Positions 21,088 through 29,009 are shown, numbered from the stretch's first letter. The stretch is DNA of 33,574 nucleotides from a bacterium (GCA_044869795.1 JBIOXT010000191.1:1-33574), one strand, 5' to 3'. A program made the numbers and translations. Notes: generated from the letters alone by a model not told the origin.

Positions 21088-21729
21088 GTGTTCAAACGAA
21101 TACTGACCGCGCTGGGGGTCATCGGCGCCACCGTCGCGATCCACGAAGCCGCGCATGCGGTGGTCGCGGTGCGCAGCGGCGGCAAGGTCAAAGAACTCGG
21201 CATCGGGTTCGGTCCGGCGCTGGCGCGCACGCGGCTGGGCGACATTCCCGTCGTGCTGCGCGCGCTGCCGCTGGGCGGCTACGCCGCGATCGACATCGAG
21301 CAGCTCCCGCCGCGCCGGCGCCTTCCGCTGCTGCTGGCCGGTCCCCTCGCCAACATCGCCGTGGGCGCGCAGCTGCTGTCCGCGACGCGGCGCCAGCCAC
21401 TGGTGCTCATCGGCGACGGCCAACCCGTGGGCTTCACAGGCATCCTCGGGACGATGAACGCCCTGATCGAAGCGGCCGGTCAAGGACCCGGAGCCGTGGC
21501 GCGCCTGGCCGGGGCCGTCAACCTCGGGGTGGGATTGATGAACCTGCTCCCGATCTATCCGCTGGACGGCGGGCACATCGCCATGAGCGCGTTGGAAGCC
21601 GGCGGAGCATCACCGCGCCTCCGCGCCGTGTTTGCGCGCGTCAGCTTCGCGATCTTCTTCCTCATCGCACAGATGGCCATGGTCGGCGACGTGCGGCGGT
21701 TGGCGGCGAACAGGGAACGGCGACGATAG
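21088..21729 (+). CDS. M50-family (site-2 protease-like) membrane metalloprotease, short form without PDZ
   Basis: 213-aa ORF with HEAAHAVVA (HExxH) in the first TM helix and NLLPIYPLDGGH (the NxxPxxxLDG motif). A GGAGG Shine-Dalgarno precedes the GTG start, 16 nt after the gyrA stop. Confidence 0.75.
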   Translation: MFKRILTALGVIGATVAIHEAAHAVVAVRSGGKVKELGIGFGPALARTRLGDIPVVLRALPLGGYAAIDIEQLPPRRRLPLLLAGPLANIAVGAQLLSATRRQPLVLIGDGQPVGFTGILGTMNALIEAAGQGPGAVARLAGAVNLGVGLMNLLPIYPLDGGHIAMSALEAGGASPRLRAVFARVSFAIFFLIAQMAMVGDVRRLAANRERRR

Positions 21730-21737
21730 ATCAGACG

Positions 21738-22634
21738 GTGAGCGTTACCGTCCGCGCGGCCAGGCCCTCAGACGAGCAACTCCCCCGAACCGTCAGCGGC
21801 CGCGATGCGGCGCCGCCGGAGTGGGACGCGTGGTCGGAGGAACCGGGCCATGCGCTCGTCGCCGAAGACGGCGGCCGGGTCGTCGGCGCGATTCACGTCT
21901 CGATGACCGGCCGGACCGAGGCGTGGATGGAAAACCTCCGTGTGCTGGCCGACGTTCAGGGGCGCGGGATTGCCGGCCGGTTGGTGCGCGAGGCGGAGCA
22001 TCTCGCGATCCGCTACGGCGCGGCAAAACTGCGCACCGCGATCCCTGCCCACGACTACGCGGCGCTGGCCGTCGCGCACCGCGGCGGATACTACCGTATG
22101 CTGCAGTCCGTTGTGCTGCAGACCCTGATCACGACCGATCCCCGCCACGTGCCGTACGACGCTCCCGTCGAAGCGCCGCACACGTCTTCCGCGTCGGAAC
22201 TGACCGCTTTTGTCTCCGCGACCCAGACCCTGCAGGGGTGGGACCACCTGCTTCCGCTGGGCTGGCGCTTTCGCCGGATCGTGCCGGAATTGGTCCGCGG
22301 GCTGATCAAGGACAAGCGGGCGTTCGTGGCGGTGCGCCCCGATGCGGTTCGGCCCGGCGCCCGGGGCCAATGGCGGGCCGATGACCTCCAGGGCGCCGTG
22401 CTGTTCGCGGAGCGCCCGCCCGCGCTGGTGATCTCCCTGCTCGACGGCAGCAGCCCCGCGATGCAGGCGCTGTACGGAACGGTCACGGAACGATCGAGCC
22501 GCCGTGGGATCTCGCAGGCCGTCATCTTCGCTCCCGCGGCCGCATCCGTGGCGCCGCTGGGCGGCGGGGAATGGACGCCGCACGCGTGGTGTCCGGACGG
22601 CGTCGTGGTGGTCGAAAAGAGCGTGGCCTCATGA
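21738..22634 (+). CDS. GNAT-family N-acetyltransferase with ~170-aa uncharacterised C-terminal extension
   Basis: 298-aa ORF. The acetyl-CoA binding motif A context is LRVLADVQGRGIAGRLVREAEHLA. I do not recognise the C-terminal half. Confidence 0.65.
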   Translation: MSVTVRAARPSDEQLPRTVSGRDAAPPEWDAWSEEPGHALVAEDGGRVVGAIHVSMTGRTEAWMENLRVLADVQGRGIAGRLVREAEHLAIRYGAAKLRTAIPAHDYAALAVAHRGGYYRMLQSVVLQTLITTDPRHVPYDAPVEAPHTSSASELTAFVSATQTLQGWDHLLPLGWRFRRIVPELVRGLIKDKRAFVAVRPDAVRPGARGQWRADDLQGAVLFAERPPALVISLLDGSSPAMQALYGTVTERSSRRGISQAVIFAPAAASVAPLGGGEWTPHAWCPDGVVVVEKSVAS

Positions 22635-23341
22635 CCCAGCTGCTCTACCTGCACGACAGTTACCTCCGGGAGTTCGACGCCGTGGCGAGTGCGGTCGAGG
22701 GCACGGCCGTGATCCTGGATCGCACGGCGTTCTACGCGGGCGGCGGCGGACAACCCGCCGATCGCGGGACCCTGTCCTGGACCGGATCGTCCGTCCGGGT
22801 CGGTGAGATGCAGCGTGCCGGATCCGATGTCGTGCACGTGGTCGACGGGACGCCCCCGCCGGTGGGAGCGCAGGTCCGGGGCGAACTGGACTGGGATCGC
22901 CGCTATGCCATCATGCGCCATCACTCGGCGCTGCACGTGCTGGTCGGCGTCATCTACAAAGTCTTCGGGGCAATGGTCACCGGCGGGGCGATCTATCCGG
23001 ACCGTGCCCGCATGGACTTCTCGCTGGAGGACCTCAACAAGGAGCGCGTGGCGACCATCGAGCAAGAGGCCAACCGCGTGATCGCGGAGTGCCATCGCAT
23101 CATGGTTCGGTACATCCCGCGCGAAGAATTCGAGCGGTCCGACCTCACCCGGCTGGCGAACGTGGCGCTGCCCTCCGACATCACCGAGGTCCGCGTCATC
23201 GATATCGAGGGATTCGATGCGCAGGCCGACGGCGGGACCCATGTGGCCAATACGCTCGAGATCGGAGGTCTCCGTGTCACCAAGACAGAGAACAAGGGGA
23301 AAACGAATCGCCGGCTCGAGATCGCACTGTCGGCAGGATAA
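22631..23341 (+). CDS. alaX: AlaX-type (alanyl-tRNA synthetase editing-domain-like) trans-editing protein
   Basis: Trimmed to MTQLLYLHDSYLREFDA... (236 aa), with the ATG overlapping the GNAT stop (ATGA). It has the HxxxH motif (RHHSALHVL) and the GGTHV motif (here ADGGTHV), characteristic of the tRNA_SAD/AlaX family. Confidence 0.75.
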   Translation: MTQLLYLHDSYLREFDAVASAVEGTAVILDRTAFYAGGGGQPADRGTLSWTGSSVRVGEMQRAGSDVVHVVDGTPPPVGAQVRGELDWDRRYAIMRHHSALHVLVGVIYKVFGAMVTGGAIYPDRARMDFSLEDLNKERVATIEQEANRVIAECHRIMVRYIPREEFERSDLTRLANVALPSDITEVRVIDIEGFDAQADGGTHVANTLEIGGLRVTKTENKGKTNRRLEIALSAG

Positions 23342-23418
23342 CAGAGAGAAGAGGGGTTTCATGTTGCAGGAGGCCTCGACTCAGGAGCAAACCCAACTAG
23401 TACGCCAGGGTCTGCGTC

Positions 23419-23832
23419 ATGCAGTGGCATCCCGCCGGTGATATCCAGGTTCGGCTGCGAGCGGTCATTCGAGCCCTTGGTCTTCAGCATGTCGACGCGC
23501 TGCGCGTGCACTGCGTACGGGTGTGCGGCTCCAGGGCCAACGCCCTTGCCCGGATCTGGGGACTGCCCCCCGTGTTCCAAGATGCGCTGAAGCTGAAGCC
23601 GCACTACGTCATCGAGTTCATGGTGCCGGCATTCGACCGGCTGCCGCGCGCGGAGCAGGATCGCGTGCTGATCCACGAACTCCTGCACATCCCCCGCACG
23701 TTCAGCGGCGGCATCCGGCCGGAACGGTCGCCGTCGCTGACCATCAACAACCGCACCGTCGAACGCTACTATCGCCAGTACCGCGCGGCGATGAAGCGGC
23801 GCAATACCGAGCCCCGATTCGCAGCGAAGTAA
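23419..23832 (+). CDS. Small predicted zinc metallopeptidase (HExxH)
   Basis: 137-aa ORF with LIHELLHIP (HExxH). The overall pattern resembles the small 'putative metallopeptidase' (SprT/COG4900-like) proteins. The family assignment is tentative. Confidence 0.5.
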   Translation: MQWHPAGDIQVRLRAVIRALGLQHVDALRVHCVRVCGSRANALARIWGLPPVFQDALKLKPHYVIEFMVPAFDRLPRAEQDRVLIHELLHIPRTFSGGIRPERSPSLTINNRTVERYYRQYRAAMKRRNTEPRFAAK

Positions 23833-23951
23833 ACGCAGCCCCTTCCTTCGCCATCTGCAAGCCGGGTTCGAATCCAGGTGCGCTACCCTTCTGCACTTGA
23901 GCGAGGAAGGACGGGGTAGACTGGGAAGACAGGGAAACTGGGAAGACGGTC

Positions 23952-24815
23952 ATGGATATCGACGGCCAGACGAGAGCCGTGGCAATCCTCGGCGATCCGG
24001 TGGCGCATTCGCTGTCGCCGCGGATGCACAACGCCGCGTTCGCGGCCGTCGGATTGAACTGGCGGTATCTTCCCTTCCGCGTCGGCCGTGGGGACCTCGC
24101 GACGGCGCTGCGCGGTCTTGCCGCGCTGGGGTTCGCCGGCTGCAACATCACCGTCCCGCACAAGCAGGCGGCCGCGGCGACGATGGACGCCGTTGATCGC
24201 GCGGCGCAGGTAATCGGTGCCGTGAACACCGTGCGCGTCGTGGACGGGCGATTGGAGGGTTTCAATACCGATGCCCCCGGCGTGGTCGATGCGCTTGCCG
24301 GCGGCACGGATGCGCATGGGCGGCAGTGCGTCGTGATCGGCGCCGGAGGAGGCGCGCGGGCGGCGGCATTTGCGCTCGCCGGCGGGGCGACCCGCCTGGT
24401 GATCCTGAACCGCACCGTCGCGCACGCCCGCGGTCTGGCCCAGGCTGTCGCGGCCGCGCATCCATCCTGCGCGGTCGATGCCGGCGATCTCTCCGCCGAC
24501 AGTATCGCCGCCGCGCTGGACGGCGCGGACGCGGTGATCCACGCGACCAGCGCGACGATGTCGGCAGCAATGGGCGGGGCAGGAGGGCGCGAGGAGTGGC
24601 TGGCGACGATTGCCGGACACCTCCGCCCCGGGATGGCGGTGCTCGACATGGTGTACACACCGGCGTGGACCGACCTGCTGACCGCGGCGCAGCGGGCCGG
24701 GGCGACCGCCATCAGCGGGCTGGCGCTGTTGGTCTATCAAGGGGCGCGCAGCTTTGAGGTGTGGACCGGCCGGCCGGCGCCGGTCGACGTGATGCGCAAG
24801 GCGGTTGGGCTGTGA
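23952..24815 (+). CDS. aroE: Shikimate dehydrogenase
   Basis: 287-aa ORF with ILGDPVAHSLSPRMHNAAF, GCNITVPHK, NTDAPG and a Rossmann motif (VIGAGGGARAAAFAL). Confidence 0.9.
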   Translation: MDIDGQTRAVAILGDPVAHSLSPRMHNAAFAAVGLNWRYLPFRVGRGDLATALRGLAALGFAGCNITVPHKQAAAATMDAVDRAAQVIGAVNTVRVVDGRLEGFNTDAPGVVDALAGGTDAHGRQCVVIGAGGGARAAAFALAGGATRLVILNRTVAHARGLAQAVAAAHPSCAVDAGDLSADSIAAALDGADAVIHATSATMSAAMGGAGGREEWLATIAGHLRPGMAVLDMVYTPAWTDLLTAAQRAGATAISGLALLVYQGARSFEVWTGRPAPVDVMRKAVGL

Positions 24816-25315
24816 GGCGCCTGCCGCGGCTGACGGACTTCTCGATCCCCCTGGGCCTGGCGGGGATCATGCTCATCGCGTGGTTTTGGGGCTGGCGCCT
24901 CGCCCTCATCGTGGTGCTGGTGATCGTCGGGATCGGTGTGGCCGGCATCCTCCTGCCGCTGCCGTGGCAGGAACGGCTGCGCGGCACGACGATGGACGTC
25001 GGCGACCGGCCGATGCTCATCTACCTCTACTCGCCGTACTGAGCGGGCTGCGCAGCGGCGAAACCTATCGTGGATAGGCTGATCAACATGGAGCATGACC
25101 GGGTCGACGTGAAACGCGTCAACGTGCTCAGCGCCGCGGGGGAAGATCTGGCCTGGCGGCTGCAGGTGGACATCGTGCCGCTGGTTCTCCTCTACGATCT
25201 CGACGGCGCCGAGCGCTACCGCGTGTCGGGCATCTGGGTGCGTCCCGGCACGGTGGCGCGGAAGGTGGACGACATCCTCCGCGGCGCGGGGAGCAACCCG
25301 GGAAGCCGATGCTGA
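24812..25315 (+). CDS. Membrane-anchored thioredoxin-fold protein with in-frame TGA at the first CxxC position (candidate selenoprotein, or a pseudogene)
   Basis: Two same-frame ORFs (24812-25042 and 25070-25315) are separated only by the TGA at 25040-25042. The joined translation is ...DRPMLIYLYSPY[TGA]AGCAAAKPIVDRLINMEHDRVDVKRVNVLSAAGEDLAWRLQVDIVPLVLLYDLDG.... This gives a beta1-[U/C]xxC-alpha1 ... cis-Pro (VP) thioredoxin layout after two hydrophobic helices. GC3 is high on both sides of the TGA. Confidence 0.5.
25064..25078 (+). promoter_or_regulatory. Candidate bacterial SECIS-like hairpin downstream of the in-frame TGA
   Basis: CCTATC-GTG-GATAGG is a perfect 6-bp stem with a GUG loop. 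The stem starts 21 nt after the UGA, inside the distance window expected for bacterial SECIS apical loops, and the loop begins with GU. Confidence 0.3.
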
Positions 25316-26430
25316 GATTTCTGACGGCGGGCGAGTCGCACGGACGGGCGCTGCTGGCAATCCTCGAAGGCGTCCCGGCGGGTCTCGCGCTGTCGGAAGA
25401 TGACATCGCCGAGCAGCTGCGCCGCCGGCAGCTGGGATACGGCCGCAGCGTCCGCATGAAGCTGGAAACCGACAGGGCGGAGCTGGTCTCCGGCGTGATC
25501 CGCGGCCAGACCATCGGCGGACCGGTCGGGGTGCGCATCGAGAATCGAGATGTCCGTCTCGACGAACCAGAACTCACACGGCCGCGCCCAGGACACGCCG
25601 ATCTCGTCGGCGCAATGAAGTTTGGCTTCACCGACGTGCGGCTGGCGCTGGAGCGCGCCAGCGCCAGGGAAACGGCCGCGCGGGTTGCGGTGGGTGCCGT
25701 CTGCCGCCGGCTCCTCGCAGAGTTCGGCATCCGCATCTTCAGTCACGTCACCGACATCGGCAACGTGGCCGTCGTGAGCCGCCCGCCCAACTGGGAAGAC
25801 ATTCCGGAGATCGCCGAGCGGTCCGAGCTGCGCTGCGTGGACCCCGACGCCGACGCCGCGATGCGCCGCGCGATCGAGGAGGCGAAGAAGCGCGGTGACA
25901 CGCTGGGCGGGGTGTTCGAGGTCGTCGCCCTCGGTGTGCCGGCGGGTTTAGGCAGCTACGTGCATTGGGACCGCAAGCTGGACGGCCGCCTGGCCCAGGC
26001 GGTGATGTCGATCCATGCCGTCAAGGGCGTCGAGGTCGGCCCCGGATTCAGTATCGCGCGGACGAGCGGATCAGAGGCGCACGATGAGATCTTCTGGTCG
26101 GCCGGCCGGGGATTCTACCGTGAAACGAACCGTGCCGGGGGCACCGAGGGCGGGGTGACGACGGGCGGGCCTGTCGTCGTGCGCGGCGGCATGAAGCCGC
26201 TGTCCACGCTGATGTCGCCCTTGCATTCCGTGGACATCAAAAGCAAAGAACCGGCCGCCGGCGCCGTGGTCCGCAGCGACGTCAGCGCCGTGCCGGCCGC
26301 CGGGGTCGTCGGCGAGGCGATGGTGGCCTTCGTCCTGGCCGACGCCTTTCTGGAGAAATTCGGCGGCGATTCAATTTCAGACATTCGAGTTTCATACGAG
26401 GCCTATATGCGACGTATCAAGGAAATGTAG
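25309..26430 (+). CDS. aroC: Chorismate synthase
   Basis: 373-aa ORF with MLRFLTAGESHG, RRQLGYGRS, RPGHADL and SARETAARVA signatures. The start overlaps the preceding ORF by 7 nt. Confidence 0.95.
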   Translation: MLRFLTAGESHGRALLAILEGVPAGLALSEDDIAEQLRRRQLGYGRSVRMKLETDRAELVSGVIRGQTIGGPVGVRIENRDVRLDEPELTRPRPGHADLVGAMKFGFTDVRLALERASARETAARVAVGAVCRRLLAEFGIRIFSHVTDIGNVAVVSRPPNWEDIPEIAERSELRCVDPDADAAMRRAIEEAKKRGDTLGGVFEVVALGVPAGLGSYVHWDRKLDGRLAQAVMSIHAVKGVEVGPGFSIARTSGSEAHDEIFWSAGRGFYRETNRAGGTEGGVTTGGPVVVRGGMKPLSTLMSPLHSVDIKSKEPAAGAVVRSDVSAVPAAGVVGEAMVAFVLADAFLEKFGGDSISDIRVSYEAYMRRIKEM

Positions 26431-26434
26431 TGTA

Positions 26435-26544
26435 TTCGTCTTGTCGCGTCCTATTGCGTCCTGTTGCGCCCTATAGCGTCCTCAAAGGCAGCCTTAGTGG
26501 ACACAACGAGACGCGATAAGACGCAATAAGACGAACGAGGACGG
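26435..26544. repeat. Inverted arrays of tandem 10-mers (GCGTCCTATT-type x5, spacer, ATAAGACGC-type x4)
   Basis: Left arm, 26435-26483: tCGTCTTGTc, GCGTCCTATT, GCGTCCTGTT, GCGCCCTATA, GCGTCCTC. Right arm, 26505-26544: AACGAGACGC, GATAAGACGC, AATAAGACGA, ACGAGGACGG, which are the reverse complements of the left units. The element lies in the aroC / aroK-aroB intergenic gap. Confidence 0.85.
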
Positions 26545-26562
26545 ATCCGCGAGCGTACAGAT

Positions 26563-28191
26563 GTGAGGAACATTGTCCTGATAGGGTTCATGGGGACCGG
26601 GAAGAGCGAGGTGGGCCGGCTGCTGGCGCGCCGGCTGGGCTGGAAGTTCGTCGACACGGACCGGCGCGTCGAGGCGCGCGAGGGCGCCTCGGTCGCGCAG
26701 ATCTTTGCCCGTCGCGGCGAGTCCTACTTTCGTGAGGCGGAAGCCAGGGTCGTAGCCAAGGTCGTGATGGAGCGGGACACGGTCATCGCGAGCGGCGGCG
26801 GAGTCGTGCTGCGCCCCGACAATATGCTCCGCCTGCGGCGTCACGGCTGGATCGTCTCCCTGACCGCTCCGGTGGAAGTCATCCTCTCGCGTTTGGGCGA
26901 AGGCGAAGGGCGGCCGCTGCTGAAGGCCGCATCCGGGACCGCGCGGCGCGTCGATCTGCGCCAGACGGTGACGCGGCTGCTGTCCGAGCGGCGGCCGCTG
27001 TACCGGGATGCCGATCTGATCCTCGACATCTCCGCCACGACGCCTGCCCGCGCGGTGGAAGCGATCGTCGCGTTCTTGGGCCGTCGTGAGCGGCAGGTCA
27101 TTCCGGTGCGCATCGACGACCGCGCGTACTCCATCTACGTCGGGGATGGCATCCTTCCGCTGCTGCCGGCCGATCTGGGAACGCTCGAGGCCGGCACGCA
27201 CACGGCGATCTTGTCGCACCGGCCGCTGCTGCGGGTGACGGGTCGGAAACTCGCCAAGACACTGGCGGCCTGGGGGTTCGACCCGCTGGTCCTCGAGGTG
27301 CCGGCCGGGGAGCGCGCCAAGAGCCTGGCCGTGGCGGCGCAGCTGTTCGCGCGCCTTGCCCGTGCACGGTTCGATCGCAACTGCACGGTCGTGGCGCTGG
27401 GCGGCGGCGTCGTCGGCGACGTGGGAGGATTTGTTGCCGCGTCGTACATGCGCGGCGTCCGCCTGGTCCAGATCCCCACGACCCTGCTGGCGATGGTGGA
27501 CAGCAGCATCGGCGGGAAGACCGGCGTCAATCATGCCGGGGTGAAGAACCTGGTCGGCGCCTTTCATCAGCCCGCCGAAGTGCTGGCCGACGTGCGGCTG
27601 CTGTCGACGCTGCCCGCGCGCGAACTGCGCAGCGGCATGGCCGAAGTCATCAAGACCGCCGTCATCGGCGACCCCAGCCTGTTCGAGTATCTGGAACGAG
27701 AACTCGAGTCGGTGCTGGGCCGCGAGCCGCGCGCGCTGGTCGAGGTGATCACGCACTGCGCCGCCTACAAGGCGCGGATCGTAGAGCTGGATGAGCGCGA
27801 GCGACGCCAGCGGATGGTGCTCAACTACGGCCACACGATCGGTCACGCCGTCGAGGCCGCGGCCGGGCTCAGCCGCGTGACCCACGGCGAAGCGGTCGCC
27901 ATCGGGATGGCACTGGAAGCGCGGATCGCGCAGCAGCTGGGCCTCGCGGCGGCGGACATCGTGCGGCGCCAGAACGAATTGCTGCGCCGGACCGGGTTGC
28001 CGGTCGGTCTTCCGCGCATCAACACGCACACGCTGTGGCGGGCGATGGCCTTGGACAAGAAAGTGCGCAACGGGAAGGTCCGCTTCCCGCTGCTCAAAGG
28101 CATCGGTGAAGTGATGCTCGAACAGGAAGTGCCTGAGACGCTGCTGCGGGAGGTGCTGGCCGGTGCGCGTGCTGGTCGTGTACGGTCCTAA
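26563..28191 (+). CDS. aroK-aroB: Bifunctional shikimate kinase / 3-dehydroquinate synthase
   Basis: 542-aa ORF. The N-terminal ~175 aa are shikimate kinase (VLIGFMGTGKSEVGRLLA, FVDTD, ASGGG). The remainder is DHQ synthase (LGGGVVGDVGGFVAASYMRG, VDSSIGGKTGVN, LNYGHTIGHA, HGEAVAIGM). Confidence 0.9.
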   Translation: MRNIVLIGFMGTGKSEVGRLLARRLGWKFVDTDRRVEAREGASVAQIFARRGESYFREAEARVVAKVVMERDTVIASGGGVVLRPDNMLRLRRHGWIVSLTAPVEVILSRLGEGEGRPLLKAASGTARRVDLRQTVTRLLSERRPLYRDADLILDISATTPARAVEAIVAFLGRRERQVIPVRIDDRAYSIYVGDGILPLLPADLGTLEAGTHTAILSHRPLLRVTGRKLAKTLAAWGFDPLVLEVPAGERAKSLAVAAQLFARLARARFDRNCTVVALGGGVVGDVGGFVAASYMRGVRLVQIPTTLLAMVDSSIGGKTGVNHAGVKNLVGAFHQPAEVLADVRLLSTLPARELRSGMAEVIKTAVIGDPSLFEYLERELESVLGREPRALVEVITHCAAYKARIVELDERERRQRMVLNYGHTIGHAVEAAAGLSRVTHGEAVAIGMALEARIAQQLGLAAADIVRRQNELLRRTGLPVGLPRINTHTLWRAMALDKKVRNGKVRFPLLKGIGEVMLEQEVPETLLREVLAGARAGRVRS

Positions 28192-28624
28192 CCTGAACCT
28201 GCTCGGTGAACGTGAGCCCGAGGTGTACGGGACCGACACGCTCGAAGACGTCAGCGGCGCCCTGAGTGCACTCGCCCGCAGCGAGGGCATCGACGTTGAA
28301 TTCTTCCAGTCCAGCAGCGAAGGGGCGATCATCGACCGGCTGCACGCCTCCCGCCACACCCACGACGCCGTCGTGCTGAATCCCGGCGCGCTCGCCCATT
28401 ACAGTTACGCGCTGCGCGACGGGATCGCCGCGATCGCCATCCCGGTCGTCGAAGTCCACATGTCCAATGTTGCCGCGCGCGAGCCGTTCCGCGCCGCGTC
28501 GGTGATCTCTCCGGTCTGCCGCGGCGTGATCTACGGTTTTGGCGTGGAGAGTTTTCTGCTCGGTCTGCGGGCCGCGATGGCTCTGACGAAGCCCGGAGCC
28601 CGAAGCCCGAAACCCGGCAGGTGA
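28163..28624 (+). CDS. aroQ: Type II 3-dehydroquinate dehydratase
   Basis: 153-aa ORF with VLVVYGPNLNLLGEREPEVYG, QSSSEGAIIDRLH, LNPGALAHYSYALRD and EVHMSNV signatures. Confidence 0.9.
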   Translation: MRVLVVYGPNLNLLGEREPEVYGTDTLEDVSGALSALARSEGIDVEFFQSSSEGAIIDRLHASRHTHDAVVLNPGALAHYSYALRDGIAAIAIPVVEVHMSNVAAREPFRAASVISPVCRGVIYGFGVESFLLGLRAAMALTKPGARSPKPGR

Positions 28625-28627
28625 CCC

Positions 28628-28996
28628 GTGCACGTCCGCGGCATCCGGGGCGCCACGACAGTTGCGGCCAACACCGAAGGCGAGATTCTCGCGGCGACGC
28701 GCGAGCTGCTGCAGCGGATGGTGGCCGAAAACGACGCGGAACCCGACGAGATTTCGGCCATCCTCTTCACGTGTACGCCTGATCTCAACGCGGCGTTTCC
28801 GGCCGAAGCCGCCCGGCACCTGGAGTGGACGGCCGTGCCGCTGCTGTCGGCGACGGAGGTCGCCGTCCCGGGTGCGCTGCCGCGGTGCATCCGCGTGCTG
28901 ATGCTCTGGAACTGCGCCCGGTCCCAAGAGCAGGTGCAGCACGTGTACCTGCGTGATGCCGCCGGCCTGCGGCCCGACCTGAAACCCCAGAAATGA
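28628..28996 (+). CDS. aroH: Chorismate mutase, AroH class
   Basis: 122-aa ORF. VRGIRGATTV...CTPDLNAAFPAEAAR...CIRVLM...VQHVYLRDAAGLRPDL aligns by eye along its whole length with the Bacillus AroH-type monofunctional mutase. Confidence 0.85.
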   Translation: MHVRGIRGATTVAANTEGEILAATRELLQRMVAENDAEPDEISAILFTCTPDLNAAFPAEAARHLEWTAVPLLSATEVAVPGALPRCIRVLMLWNCARSQEQVQHVYLRDAAGLRPDLKPQK

Positions 28997-29009
28997 GAAG
29001 CGAATTTCG

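Noticed and set aside
23361-23402. Short ORF (MLQEASTQEQTQL) in the alaX / metallopeptidase gap as a leader peptide.
   Set aside because: It is 13 codons long with no aromatic-codon run or downstream attenuator structure, so there is nothing to support function.
23862-23888. Possible tRNA gene, suggested by the GGTTCGAATCC T-loop motif.
   Set aside because: I could not build a cloverleaf. There is no complementary 5' acceptor strand about 65 nt upstream, no anticodon stem-loop of proper size, one mismatch in the T stem, and no CCA. It is kept only as a possible tRNA remnant in a finding.
25040-25042. An alternative genetic code (TGA read as a sense codon genome-wide) as the explanation for the in-frame TGA.
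   Set aside because: Several homology-bounded genes in the window terminate at TGA exactly where expected (rpmH 10331-10333, aroE 24813-24815, moxR 31217-31219, DUF58 32555-32557). TGA therefore functions as a stop here, and only site-specific recoding or a pseudogene remains.
26435-26544. CRISPR array, as an explanation for the tandem repeats here and at 31220-31316.
   Set aside because: The units are only 9-10 nt and directly abut with no spacers. The second half is the reverse complement of the first, and no cas genes are present.
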